DNA of 64,000 nt. It comes from a virus. Position numbers and translations under genes: made by a program. Under the pieces are notes generated by a model that was not told the origin of the DNA, did no database searches, and saw only the letters and a program-made list of their open reading frames with translations. Location: the IMG/VR virus record IMGVR_UViG_3300033233_000027, positions 1-64,000 of that record. The stretch is one strand, 5' to 3'. Below are positions 28,749 through 38,300 of the stretch, piece by piece (within the stretch, counting starts at the first letter, position 1; every line of letters begins with the position of its first letter).

Positions 28749-29240
28749 ATGAGTAAGAACATTCTCGTGGTTGAAGACGACGCGAAGCAGGCGCGGGAAA
28801 TGACTACCCTTCTCAGAAAATGCGGGTACAAGGCTTCCTATGTCTTGTCGTCTGAAGAGGCGATCTGTGTCTGCGGAGCAGAGAAATTCGACTGCCTCGT
28901 AGTGGATTACTGCATGCCGCAGATTGATGGCGTGAAGTTTGTTCGTACCCTACGCCAGTCTGGGGCGCATACTCCAGTAGTCATACTTACAGCCTCAGAT
29001 AAGGTAAAGGTGGAGGCGGCAGTTGACGACCTTGAGGTGTGGAACGTACTGGAAAAGCCTACGGGCATGAAAGAGCTCGGAGAGAGCATCGAAGAGGCGT
29101 GCGAGTGGTTTGAGATGCCTCCAGAGGTCGTAAACGAGCTTGAGAAGCAACTAGAAGAAGAAACGAAGCACATAGGCGAAATGCGTCGTGATCTGGACGA
29201 TGAAACGAAAATCCTTCCTCCTTTTGGGAGAGTTCTATGA
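28749..29240 (+). CDS. CheY-like response regulator receiver protein
   Basis: ILVVEDD, VVDYCMPQIDG (phospho-Asp), ILTA, LEKP. Confidence 0.92.
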   Translation: MSKNILVVEDDAKQAREMTTLLRKCGYKASYVLSSEEAICVCGAEKFDCLVVDYCMPQIDGVKFVRTLRQSGAHTPVVILTASDKVKVEAAVDDLEVWNVLEKPTGMKELGESIEEACEWFEMPPEVVNELEKQLEEETKHIGEMRRDLDDETKILPPFGRVL

Positions 29241-29548
29241 TCGGACAGTGGGATCTCGTGTCGTATCCTGGCCTGATCGCTGCGGTGGTCGCATTGATCG
29301 GAGTCACGAAGAAGCTGTGGAAGCCATGGGTCAAGGGGAAGGAACCGATGCTTGCGGTTGCTCTCTCTTATGTTCTCGGCATATCCTCCAAGCTGACGAT
29401 CCCCAAGGCGTTCCAAGGAATCTACTGGGTTCCATTCCTAGTTACGCTCGTGTTCGTGGCGATGGCGGCGATGTCAGCGCATGACCGCATCGTGAATCAA
29501 GTTCTGGCTGGCAAGCCAGCGCCAGATTCGTCAAAACGAACCCCCTGA
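29237..29548 (+). CDS. Holin-like 3-TM protein
   Basis: 103 aa, three hydrophobic segments, polar tail. Confidence 0.6.
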   Translation: MIGQWDLVSYPGLIAAVVALIGVTKKLWKPWVKGKEPMLAVALSYVLGISSKLTIPKAFQGIYWVPFLVTLVFVAMAAMSAHDRIVNQVLAGKPAPDSSKRTP

Positions 29549-29578
29549 TCGTGTACTTTTTTTGAAATGCGGAATAGG

Positions 29579-29830
29579 ATGTCGCAGATGAGAAGAATTG
29601 TGACTGCGCTGGCGATCTGTGCAGTGCTTTCCTTCGCGGGCTGCTCCACGGTGGATCGTAACGCCGTGAACCAGATTGAAGTCACCCACGCCCAGATCCT
29701 ACCGAAGTACCTTGAGTACGTATCCAAAGATGCCACGCTCTCTGATCCTCAAAAAGAGGATCGCAAGAAGCTGGTAGAAAGCCTCCAGCGAATCGTGGCA
29801 GCACTCAAGAAGTCAGCGGGAGGGGAGTAA
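29579..29830 (+). CDS. Lipoprotein
   Basis: Signal RRIVTALAICAVLSFAG-C lipobox. Confidence 0.8.
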   Translation: MSQMRRIVTALAICAVLSFAGCSTVDRNAVNQIEVTHAQILPKYLEYVSKDATLSDPQKEDRKKLVESLQRIVAALKKSAGGE

Positions 29831-29831
29831 C

Positions 29832-30164
29832 GTGGATTGGGTAGCGATCAAGGATGCCGTAGTCGCCACCGCAAAATCCAGACTCGGTAAGTTTCTGGAT
29901 CAGAACAAAGATGCGGCCGACTTCCTTCGCGAACGTGCGGAGAGATTCGCGAAGCTGACCGTGGCGTGGGGGGGTGCCTCGACTGAGGAAGAGCGATCTT
30001 CCTTCGCAAATGATATGTCGATCGTGAGGATATCCATCGACAATGAGATCGCCTCCGTAGCGGTTGCGGCTGCGGCAGAGACGCGAGCTTTGTTCAAGAG
30101 CATCCTTTCTACGGCTCTGGAGACTCTGGCGCGTTCTCTTCCTGGGCTTCTAGGGGCCCTGTGA
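29832..30164 (+). CDS. Helical hypothetical protein
   Basis: SD GGGGAG; tightly packed. Confidence 0.7.
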   Translation: MDWVAIKDAVVATAKSRLGKFLDQNKDAADFLRERAERFAKLTVAWGGASTEEERSSFANDMSIVRISIDNEIASVAVAAAAETRALFKSILSTALETLARSLPGLLGAL

Positions 30165-30742
30165 TTGGTGGGGGGAAAATGGGAGTCCTGACTATCGTGG
30201 ACGGAGAAGGTATCTCGAAGAGGGCTCTCCGGTTCATGATCTCCATGTTCGGTGTCGGGATCATCCTAGGCCTGATTGCCTCCTTCTGTTATTCGGCCTA
30301 TCTGATGTCTGTCGGCGGATGGGACAAATCGACGAGCCTATTCCATGCAGTCGTGCTTCTTTTCGGACTAGGCGTGACTGTGCCGGCGCTTTCCACAAGC
30401 CTGCGGATGCTTTATCATGGCCTGGTCCTGAGCGAGAGGGGATTGCAGAACGCTGAGAAGCTGTCGAACGCCGTTGACCGCGCTGAGGAGAAGGCGGGGC
30501 CAATGGTCGACAGGTTCGAGCGGATGGTGGGCAGATTCGAGCGGTTACTGGACATCGCAGAATCTGAACGAGCTAAGGCGATGTTGGCTAGGGTGGAGAA
30601 GGCACTGGAGTCTGGGCTTCTTGAGAATCTGGCTGATGAGTTTGAGCCCCGTGGAACACCTCCATCAATCCGTGCTGCGCTGCCAACTCTTGTAGCACGC
30701 GGGAACGGTGGAGTGAAGAGTCTTCCTCGCAAGGAAGAGTGA
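30161..30742 (+). CDS. Two-TM protein with coiled-coil tail
   Basis: Hydrophobic segments then heptads; GTGA overlaps. Confidence 0.7.
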   Translation: MIGGGKMGVLTIVDGEGISKRALRFMISMFGVGIILGLIASFCYSAYLMSVGGWDKSTSLFHAVVLLFGLGVTVPALSTSLRMLYHGLVLSERGLQNAEKLSNAVDRAEEKAGPMVDRFERMVGRFERLLDIAESERAKAMLARVEKALESGLLENLADEFEPRGTPPSIRAALPTLVARGNGGVKSLPRKEE

Positions 30743-31536
30743 AGATGCAGAAACACAGATTGCTGTTTCCTGCGGGTAGGCTTCTTGGTCCAATTCCAGT
30801 GTCCCGACCACATAGCGTTCTAGTCAAGTATCAGATGGGACAGGTGGATTACGGAGATGAATCTCCACCTCCAGATCAGCCCGCAGAACCTACTCCACCA
30901 GTAGAGACGCCCCCTGACTACAGCTGGGATGTTCCACCTGGCCAAGAGATATCTCCATACTATCCACCAGAAGGGGCACCTCCCGACTACAGTTGGGATG
31001 TTCCACCTGGCCAAGAGGTATCGCCATACTATCCACCAGAAGAGCCCCCTAAAGATTACTGGAGTGATCCATGGGCTGAGGAGCCGCCTACATCTCCATA
31101 CGAGCCGATAGGTGTAGAGCCAGTTACAAGCGAACAAAAAAAAGCAGATGAGCAAATAAAAGCTGAGAAGACTACTGGAAAAAAGACGGCGTTGGTTATC
31201 AAGGATCTCCTTGCTGGGGTTCCGGCTGGGTCGTCTGCCTGGGCTTCCTATGCAACCCAGTTAGACAAATGTATGACGATGCTCAATTCCAGCGATGCCA
31301 TCAAAGTGATTGGTGGAGGGGCGTGTCTCTACTCGCTCTATCAAAGCGTCCATGACTATGTGAACAAGAGGGATGACGACGAAGCTGCGGCTAGGAAAGC
31401 TAAAGAAGACATTGAACGCGCTGCGGCAGCGGCCAGAGCTGCCGGCAATGCGGCAGCTGATCGGGCGAATCCTAGCGAATGGATGTGGATCTTGGCGGGA
31501 GGGGCCGTGGCTGCTGCTATAGTGGCCATCGCGTAA
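30739..31536 (+). CDS. Tail-anchored protein with Pro/Tyr/Asp repeats
   Basis: Basic leader ending KYQMG-Q; ends WMWILAGGAVAAAIVAIA; paralogue of next gene. Confidence 0.85.
   Translation: MKMQKHRLLFPAGRLLGPIPVSRPHSVLVKYQMGQVDYGDESPPPDQPAEPTPPVETPPDYSWDVPPGQEISPYYPPEGAPPDYSWDVPPGQEVSPYYPPEEPPKDYWSDPWAEEPPTSPYEPIGVEPVTSEQKKADEQIKAEKTTGKKTALVIKDLLAGVPAGSSAWASYATQLDKCMTMLNSSDAIKVIGGGACLYSLYQSVHDYVNKRDDDEAAARKAKEDIERAAAAARAAGNAAADRANPSEWMWILAGGAVAAAIVAIA
30910..31042 (+). repeat. 69-bp tandem repeat (PPDYSWDVPPGQE(I/V)SPYYPPE x2)
   Basis: GACTACAG at 30916 and 30985; near-identical units. Confidence 0.9.
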
Positions 31537-31542
31537 GGAGGA

Positions 31543-32043
31543 ATGAAGATGCAGAGATCAAGAATGCTGTCTCAAGCGGGTAGGTTTCTTGGATCCATTC
31601 CTATTGCCAGCAAACGCATCCTTCCAATCCACTATCGGCTTGGACAATTGGATTACGGAACGGATGAACAGTCCGCTGGTGCTCAAACTGCTTCTGCGGT
31701 CAGGCAACTCCTCAGTGCGCTACCGCAGGGTTCGGCGGCCTGGATTTCGTATACGAATCAATTAGACAACTGCCTGTCGATGCTAAACTCAAACACACTG
31801 ACTGGGGTGGTCGCTGGAGGTACGTGCCTTTACTCGCTATATCAGAGCGTACGTGACTACCTTGACAGGAAGAACGAAGAAGAAGCTGCCGCACAGAGAG
31901 CTAAAGATGCAGAACGTATTGCCGCAGAAGCAAAAGCTAAAGCAGACGCCGCAGCCGCAGCAGCTCGGGCGAGTGCCAGTAGCGACTGGCCTTGGATCTT
32001 GGCTGGAGGAGCTGTGGTTGCCGCAGTAGTTGCCTTTACGTAA
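31543..32043 (+). CDS. Tail-anchored protein, paralogue of 30739..31536
   Basis: Shared GS.AW.SY..QLD.C..MLNS....GG.CLYSLYQSV.DY; leader ends HYRLG-Q. Confidence 0.88.
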   Translation: MKMQRSRMLSQAGRFLGSIPIASKRILPIHYRLGQLDYGTDEQSAGAQTASAVRQLLSALPQGSAAWISYTNQLDNCLSMLNSNTLTGVVAGGTCLYSLYQSVRDYLDRKNEEEAAAQRAKDAERIAAEAKAKADAAAAAARASASSDWPWILAGGAVVAAVVAFT

Positions 32044-32088
32044 CTTTCAGGTGGAATATTATTCCACCATTTCTTACTGGAGGATGCC

Positions 32089-32229
32089 ATGGCGAAGGTT
32101 GTAGCGACTGGTTCGAAGCTGGGGAAGTTTGTCAAGGCTGGTCACAAGTGCGCCAAAGGCTGGAAGAAGAAAGTCGTACGCGTCAAGGGACATGGCAAGC
32201 GTACGATGTGCGTACGCAGGAAGAAGTAG
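32089..32229 (+). CDS. 46-aa highly basic protein
   Basis: Not in ORF track: MAKVVATGSKLGKFVKAGHKCAKGWKKKVVRVKGHGKRTMCVRRKK; SD GGAGG; hairpins on both sides. Confidence 0.8.
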   Translation: MAKVVATGSKLGKFVKAGHKCAKGWKKKVVRVKGHGKRTMCVRRKK

Positions 32230-32288
32230 AGTAAGGAACAGAGGGGGAACGGGGCGTATCCATGCGCCCCGCCCCGTTCTAATTTCAT

Positions 32289-34046
32289 ATGCCTTACCAG
32301 ACTCCCTATTCACAGCCACCGCCTCAGCAGCCTGGATCTGTTGGGGTTCCGCTTCCTGGGCTAGTTCCGATTGGAACACTAGCAAATGTCCCTACCTATT
32401 TTGTCGGAGTCTCTAAGGCGATGGCCAATGTGGACGCGCTTGTGGCAACACCAGATGGGCAATACAGACGCCCTATTGCTGGAGAACTTGCTGCGGCAGT
32501 CTTCTTATCTAAACCAGGCCAGTCGATGGAGCCAGATGGGTCTGATCTGATTCCCCAGGCCGTTGCGGCAGTTGCTGGAATGAAGCCTCCAGCAACTGCT
32601 GAATCTGCCTCTTGGGCACCTCCATCCTCTCCTAGTTGGTCGTGCGGCTCAGCTTTGTATCCGATCATAGGAGCAGGAGCATCGTTCTCTGTAGCGGATG
32701 GAACTCCAGCGACATGCCCAGATGGATCCGTTGCGGATCGATGTGTGGTTGCTTTCATATCAGGGGATGGTCTTGAGGTATTTCCTAAGGGCTTTTCTTT
32801 CACGCTCATGGCCCCGGTGCAGTGGAATATACAGCAATTCGACTTCATGGCCGCCCAATCCGTTGCCGTACTGTTCCCATCCAATGTCAGTCAGATCGTA
32901 AAAGATGTGCTCTCTACCCGAGGTATGAAGGAGGCGTTCAGAACGAGAGCCCCATCTCCGCTTGGAACAACACCGCCATTTGCTCAATCAATCTACGCAA
33001 TATCAGTTCCTCCAACTCCAGCATTCCACCGCGGGGACAACATAGATGAGATCCCTGTATTGGATATGGAGGAGGTAGAATCGAGATGGAATCAACTTCA
33101 CTCAGTTCTGGATGAAGTTCCGTGGTTCAAGATCGGTTCCTACGACTTGATTTTCGACTGTTCAGGGAATGTGCCTATCGGGACGCTCCGTGATGGGCGG
33201 AAGGTCGTATGGGATGAGCCGAGACTCTACGCTCCAAGCCTGAGCGATTACTTCCCGAAGTCAAAGGCAGAAATACACGCTTCGCTCGCTACGGCGATCG
33301 GTGCTTCCCTTGAAAGCATCTTCGGGTGCGTAGCTTCTAGCCTGAAAGTGAAAGCGGAGCGTGCGGAAAAACAGGGGAAAATGATCGGTACGATTGAAGT
33401 AATCGTCGGTGGTACACTAATGATCTTCGGGGCGATCCCACCAAACTTCACCATGCTCGGGCATGGGGCTGGTCTAGTATTTCCTCAATACGCAAACTGG
33501 ATTGGGATCGTCTCAAAAGCAATGGATACTGCCATCGGATTCGCTTTAGCTGGATTGGGAACAGCTGTCACGTCACTGGTCGAGCAGGTGAATTCTGGAA
33601 TGGTGAAGGATCTGATGGGTCAATTGTCTAAATTGATAGACTCCGGTGTTGGAGATAGCGCAAAGAAACTAATGGAAGCGGCGCTAAGCATCCAATCCAT
33701 TGAGGGAATTTCTGCTCCGTTTCTTTTGTGGACCATCATGGCCCCAAAGCTCGGTCCTGTCCTTGCCATGGGTTCTTCCCTGCTCGGCATAGACGTGGAT
33801 CTGAAGAAGGACGTGATCGATCCGCTCATTGCCAAGGCAGAGGCAAGCGGGATGAGCGTTCCAGACTATCTCAGATCGATGGCGGCTGAGAACGCAGCTG
33901 GTGCGGAGCGGGCCAAGCAAGTTGCCAAGGGTGAAGCCTCTCTGGAAGAATCGGATCTTGGAACTGGGGAAGGACTCGGAACATTCGGAACCGCAGCTCT
34001 TGTCGGTGGAGGATTGGCTGCGGTCTATTTCTCTGGATTGCTGTGA
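32289..34046 (+). CDS. 585-aa membrane-associated virion protein
   Basis: Long ORF, internal hydrophobic helices, C-terminal anchor ALVGGGLAAVYFSGLL. Confidence 0.88.
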   Translation: MPYQTPYSQPPPQQPGSVGVPLPGLVPIGTLANVPTYFVGVSKAMANVDALVATPDGQYRRPIAGELAAAVFLSKPGQSMEPDGSDLIPQAVAAVAGMKPPATAESASWAPPSSPSWSCGSALYPIIGAGASFSVADGTPATCPDGSVADRCVVAFISGDGLEVFPKGFSFTLMAPVQWNIQQFDFMAAQSVAVLFPSNVSQIVKDVLSTRGMKEAFRTRAPSPLGTTPPFAQSIYAISVPPTPAFHRGDNIDEIPVLDMEEVESRWNQLHSVLDEVPWFKIGSYDLIFDCSGNVPIGTLRDGRKVVWDEPRLYAPSLSDYFPKSKAEIHASLATAIGASLESIFGCVASSLKVKAERAEKQGKMIGTIEVIVGGTLMIFGAIPPNFTMLGHGAGLVFPQYANWIGIVSKAMDTAIGFALAGLGTAVTSLVEQVNSGMVKDLMGQLSKLIDSGVGDSAKKLMEAALSIQSIEGISAPFLLWTIMAPKLGPVLAMGSSLLGIDVDLKKDVIDPLIAKAEASGMSVPDYLRSMAAENAAGAERAKQVAKGEASLEESDLGTGEGLGTFGTAALVGGGLAAVYFSGLL

Positions 34047-34059
34047 ACGGAACTTCCAT

Positions 34060-34617
34060 ATGAAACTCGGGGCTGCGGTCGATCCATCCTTCATTGCTGG
34101 ACTGGACGATCTAGCTGACGCCGCTCTCTATGAGGGTGCGCAGGCCTCAATGGTGTACGCAAAGCAAGTGGAGGCTTATCTCTCCAATCAATCTTCTACG
34201 GTAGCTGTCCCAGGAGTAACGCCGCCACTCTATTACCTAGAGGCTCGGCCTCATCTGAACGAAGTTCGGATGATCCTGGTGGAATGGATGTCACGTTTAG
34301 CGGAAACGGCGAAGTCCTACGGATCGCAACGTCGTGCTTTCGAGGCCATCACCCTGGCTTCGTCGCTACCTAGCATTCCGCAGCCAAAAGATACCATCGG
34401 ACAACTAGCGTCCGTCATCACTCCTGAGCATGCGGCGATCAGTGCCCAGTTAGTCGCATCAGAGACAGGGGCGCTCCGTGATGCGGTGGCGGGGCTTCAG
34501 GCGCGACTCGCATCTGCACAAGGAGCTATTGCAGCTCCGATTGAAGAACCGATTAGCACGGCGACAATTGGCCTGGCCGCAGGACTTGTCGCCATAGTCC
34601 TTTGGGCGATATCATAA
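34060..34617 (+). CDS. Tail-anchored helical protein
   Basis: Start MKLGAAV; ends IGLAAGLVAIVLWAIS. Confidence 0.8.
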   Translation: MKLGAAVDPSFIAGLDDLADAALYEGAQASMVYAKQVEAYLSNQSSTVAVPGVTPPLYYLEARPHLNEVRMILVEWMSRLAETAKSYGSQRRAFEAITLASSLPSIPQPKDTIGQLASVITPEHAAISAQLVASETGALRDAVAGLQARLASAQGAIAAPIEEPISTATIGLAAGLVAIVLWAIS

Positions 34618-34631
34618 GCGAGGAGGAAAAT

Positions 34632-35003
34632 ATGGCAGCAGGAGCCAGTTCGATTTCATGGGGAAAGAAGATACCACTTGGGGCGGCAAACCAGAAGAAG
34701 GCTGGAGAGCCTTTACGGGTCGTCCCGCCCGCGCCTAGTGTTGCACTGATCCCTATGGTTTCACTTGGAACAACAACGCATCCGCTGACTCTTGGCAAAG
34801 CGGAGACTCCGATTCAGGCAGCGCAGATATCGGCTCCTCCCGTTGAGATGGGGGCGGCTCACGGGGAAGCTGTTGTCCTAGAATCTGTCTGGACTGTGTC
34901 CATCGTTGCTGTTGATCCAAGCGGCAAAAAGTACGTTGCTGAATTCGATGCAGTCTTTCCAGAGGGCTCCTGCTTGACTGCATTGACTACCAAGAAACAG
35001 TAG
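34632..35003 (+). CDS. Protein with four LG/MG motifs and C-terminal beta domain
   Basis: SD AGGAGG; IPLG, VSLG, LTLG, VEMG. Confidence 0.8.
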   Translation: MAAGASSISWGKKIPLGAANQKKAGEPLRVVPPAPSVALIPMVSLGTTTHPLTLGKAETPIQAAQISAPPVEMGAAHGEAVVLESVWTVSIVAVDPSGKKYVAEFDAVFPEGSCLTALTTKKQ

Positions 35004-35014
35004 AGATTACCGAC

Positions 35015-35317
35015 GTGAATGCGATACTTGGAGCTGATGCCGTGATAGGATTCGCCCAATCCTGGCCTGGATGGGCTGAAAAGGCCGGCATCTACTCCTT
35101 GGCGCATGAGTTGCAATCGGAAATCGATAGGGGCGCGTGGGGGAGGGATGGAGAAAGATCGGCGCGGATAGGGAGGATCCTCGGGCTCGCAGAAGCGAGG
35201 CTTGAGGCGGCAGTTGCGAAAGAAAGTTCGGCTGGTACAGAGCCCTCAATGGAGGGCATGGCAACCATGATGTCAATGCTCAGCAGCGCAGTCTGGATCT
35301 GCGTTCTCGTGCTCTGA
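35015..35317 (+). CDS. Small tail-anchored protein
   Basis: MNAILG leader; hydrophobic C-terminus. Confidence 0.65.
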   Translation: MNAILGADAVIGFAQSWPGWAEKAGIYSLAHELQSEIDRGAWGRDGERSARIGRILGLAEARLEAAVAKESSAGTEPSMEGMATMMSMLSSAVWICVLVL

Positions 35318-35337
35318 TTCGTCTCTGGGGAGGATAC

Positions 35338-35442
35338 ATGAGTAATATGCCTGACGGAGGGATCCCGCTCAAAGAGGGAGCCACGCTCGGCTCCTGTTCT
35401 ACGAAGCGCAAAGATGGGATGAAAGTCTCATCGATGGGCTGA
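35338..35442 (+). CDS. 34-aa peptide ending SSMG
   Basis: Not in ORF track: MSNMPDGGIPLKEGATLGSCSTKRKDGMKVSSMG; SD GGGGAGG; fills the gap. Confidence 0.6.
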   Translation: MSNMPDGGIPLKEGATLGSCSTKRKDGMKVSSMG

Positions 35443-35445
35443 GGG

Positions 35446-36159
35446 ATGGCTATGGCAAGTATCCCCTCCGGTGGAGGTGGACTAAGGCTTGAGTCGTATG
35501 CGGCTCCAAAACAGAGCGTCCAGATTCAGCAGAGGTCGATGGCTAAAAACTCTTCTGAGGACTCGTGCCCAGAATGCGGAATCGGTAATGGTTGCGGGTG
35601 CTTGGCCAAGGTAACTATGGGCAAGGCGAAGTGTGACGGAAAATGGGGGGAGGGCGGGGCAGTACCGGAGATCAGTAGAAAAGTGCCGATTATAGTTCGA
35701 GCCAAGCCGATGCCTGGAACCGAACGGAGCGGAATCAACTACCCTCCGATGGGTCAGCCATCGAAGAAAGGTATCGCGCTAGGACAGAATGCTTACGGCT
35801 TCAGTCATGCGGCCACAACGGAAGAAGTTACATCGCTCCTGCGGTCCCTAGAAAAGGCACTCGCAGATGTGGCCGCTGCGGCTGACGGACAGAACGCCCC
35901 AGCTTGTGTCCGCGACATCATGGCGGGATCGTATCTGCTGGCTAAGAAGACCGCAGAAAAGATGCGCAACTTCATCATGGCAAATGTGCCAAAAGTAGAG
36001 TGGCTATTGACTGATGGTGAGGCGGCAGTTGCTGGTGAAGTCCTGAAATGTGCAGCAACCTTGCAGTCATCCAGCACTAAGATGGAATCGGATGACACTG
36101 GGATGGCTGCTGCCATCGCTCTTGGGCTTGGGGCCCTCGTTCTTTTCTTCGTCGTGTGA
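35446..36159 (+). CDS. Tail-anchored protein with Cys cluster
   Basis: CPECG..NGCGC; TMG, PMG-Q, ALG-Q; ends AAAIALGLGALVLFFVV. Confidence 0.85.
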   Translation: MAMASIPSGGGGLRLESYAAPKQSVQIQQRSMAKNSSEDSCPECGIGNGCGCLAKVTMGKAKCDGKWGEGGAVPEISRKVPIIVRAKPMPGTERSGINYPPMGQPSKKGIALGQNAYGFSHAATTEEVTSLLRSLEKALADVAAAADGQNAPACVRDIMAGSYLLAKKTAEKMRNFIMANVPKVEWLLTDGEAAVAGEVLKCAATLQSSSTKMESDDTGMAAAIALGLGALVLFFVV

Positions 36160-36473
36160 TGGGAGAAAGTTCCATGGGTCAACAACTGCGTCTCATGAAT
36201 AATAGGATACTTGGACAGGAAGCCCTACGGATCGGTCCTATTCAGATCAAGACGCCAAGCCCAGCCATCTCCGAACTTCAGAAAGCAGCTGTTCAGGAGT
36301 CTACGGACAAAGTAGAGATGGTGACTAGGGTAACATCAGCATTGACGAACCATTTTGAGGAATTGTCTGCGTTCTTGCTCGGAACGGACACGACCGCTGA
36401 GGTGGTGAAACAGGCGACTCAGAGCCTGACCTCTGCCGTTGACAAGAGAGACGCTGTGATCGGATCTGTCTGA
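36159..36473 (+). CDS. Helical protein with SMG-Q and ILG-Q motifs
   Basis: TGATG coupling. Confidence 0.7.
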   Translation: MGESSMGQQLRLMNNRILGQEALRIGPIQIKTPSPAISELQKAAVQESTDKVEMVTRVTSALTNHFEELSAFLLGTDTTAEVVKQATQSLTSAVDKRDAVIGSV

Positions 36474-36508
36474 TGAAAAAAAGCCTACCGCCCTGACAGC
36501 TTGGAGCG

Positions 36509-36775
36509 ATGAAACGTCCAACGGGTTCCGTTGGAGTATCCAAGACTTTCAAGGTGTCCAAGAAGATCAGAGGAGCAGAGGTGTCCGCTCCTGGCTTGGG
36601 AAGGGCCCTAGTTGCGGTAGTGAAGGTATCGAAATATAGATATGTGGTGGCGGCTCCGAAGGAGCTCGGAGGAGCGAAGTCCGTTCCTGCTGACTCTTTC
36701 ACGGATGCGCTGCACTGGACCGTGTCGCAAATGAACACAAAGGCGAAGAGAGAGGCGAAGGGGAAAAAACGATGA
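36509..36775 (+). CDS. Small basic protein
   Basis: Lys-rich; SD GGAG. Confidence 0.7.
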   Translation: MKRPTGSVGVSKTFKVSKKIRGAEVSAPGLGRALVAVVKVSKYRYVVAAPKELGGAKSVPADSFTDALHWTVSQMNTKAKREAKGKKR

Positions 36776-37245
36776 ATCAACCAATGCCAATCATGCTCCG
36801 TCCGTCCGGTATACGACTTCCAGTCATGCTTCCATCTACGGTAAGGTCCTCAGCTAACCCGATTATCAGGTCCGCAGCGCGGCCACCAGCTCTGGCTGGT
36901 GTCAAGCTCGGACAGGCATGGAAAGAAGCAGGCCTCCTTGACTTTCCTATATTTGCCATTGCCCGAGATGGCGGTGCCACCATGTTGGGTCTCTTGGTGG
37001 CCATGCAGCATCGGGGTATCAATACAGTCATGGGCGTAATCGGCCTTGTGACTGGAGCTCTCGGTGGGATTGGATTGGCGAATGACTTGTGGAAAGTAGC
37101 ATTTGATAAGCCGCTCATCGGAATGGAATCAAAAGATTTTGGAGCCCTCTTCATCACCGCGGGCGTTGTAGGAGCCCTCGGCTATCTCATGTTCGGAAAC
37201 CCAGGATCGACAGCCTCAAGGGCCCTCAAGAAGGTGACTGCGTGA
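36772..37245 (+). CDS. Three-TM membrane protein with Pro/Arg leader
   Basis: Leader ends GVKLG-Q. Confidence 0.8.
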   Translation: MNQPMPIMLRPSGIRLPVMLPSTVRSSANPIIRSAARPPALAGVKLGQAWKEAGLLDFPIFAIARDGGATMLGLLVAMQHRGINTVMGVIGLVTGALGGIGLANDLWKVAFDKPLIGMESKDFGALFITAGVVGALGYLMFGNPGSTASRALKKVTA

Positions 37246-37994
37246 TCCAAAGAACCACCCTGCCGATCCGTCTGGCCAGACCGAAGATGGCGATGCCGGC
37301 TTTGCTTGGGTTCGTTCCCCCGAAATCACATCCACAGTTAGGTGCCGGACTCATCTCTGACCTACTTGGGGTGGATGTCCCAAAAATAGGAGTAGCGGCG
37401 ATCTTGGCTGCTGGAGGCGTAGGAGCCTTGTTCGCTACTAAGATACTTCCTGAACCATTCAATACAGTAGCCGCTATCGGTGGCGTTGGCTTACTGGGTA
37501 TTTCAATATACGAGTTGATCGATTCCTTTGGTGGTCCATCGGAAGCATCAAAAATACAAAGCGGTGAGACCGTGGATCTCACCACGCATCCGAGGGTAAC
37601 TCCGCAGGAGGTTCAGGATAAAAAGGTAGACGCTCGCTTCATTGAGCCACTTGAGAATGCGAATGTCTTGAAAAATCCGTTCAGATCTGGCGCATACGTA
37701 CCAACGAAGCTGATCGTAACAAATGATACAGGCAGATTGGTCACGGTTCGCCTTCTGTTCCAGGTAGTTGAGGGTGATGGATCTGTAAACTCCTATCACG
37801 AAGACAGGATGGCCGATCAAGGAACAAACACAAGAACATTTGATGCCCCGATAACTTCATACAGTGCTTTCTCGTGGCCACCCTGGCAACCAACAAGTGC
37901 GTGTGTCCAGGTTCGTGCAACGACGATAGAAAATGGGGTGGAGATTAAATATCCAGGTGGATGGGACGATCAGCGGTGCTTCAATGTCATATAG
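37242..37994 (+). CDS. Two-TM protein with C-terminal beta-sandwich
   Basis: Leader PIRLARP...PQLG-A. Confidence 0.8.
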   Translation: MIQRTTLPIRLARPKMAMPALLGFVPPKSHPQLGAGLISDLLGVDVPKIGVAAILAAGGVGALFATKILPEPFNTVAAIGGVGLLGISIYELIDSFGGPSEASKIQSGETVDLTTHPRVTPQEVQDKKVDARFIEPLENANVLKNPFRSGAYVPTKLIVTNDTGRLVTVRLLFQVVEGDGSVNSYHEDRMADQGTNTRTFDAPITSYSAFSWPPWQPTSACVQVRATTIENGVEIKYPGGWDDQRCFNVI

Positions 37995-38027
37995 ACCTAG
38001 AGCAGAGCCAATGTTTAGGGTAAACAG

Positions 38028-38300
38028 GTGAAGTTGAAGTTCGTGGATGTCCCTGAAGGCGGCTGCTTCGCATCAGGCAGCGGACGGCCATCAAAGAAGT
38101 TGGTCGACGGTCGCTGTGCCTCCATCACCAAGAAGGGGAAGCAGCGCATCGTGCGATGCCCGAAGCAGGAGAGGGACGTGCAGACAACGACGTGCCCGCT
38201 CTCTCTCCTTGGGGCTGGCCTGTCTGGTCCAAAGCGCGGCCTCGTGGAAATCGGACGCGCATTGCCGCATGAGCCTGAAAAGCGAAAAGGACGGCGATGA
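38028..38300 (+). CDS. Small basic Cys-containing protein
   Basis: K/R-rich, 4 Cys; GLVEIG motif. Confidence 0.65.
   Translation: MKLKFVDVPEGGCFASGSGRPSKKLVDGRCASITKKGKQRIVRCPKQERDVQTTTCPLSLLGAGLSGPKRGLVEIGRALPHEPEKRKGRR

Noticed and set aside
30910-31042. CRISPR-like array
   Set aside because: In-frame coding tandem repeat without unique spacers; no array or cas gene noticed anywhere.
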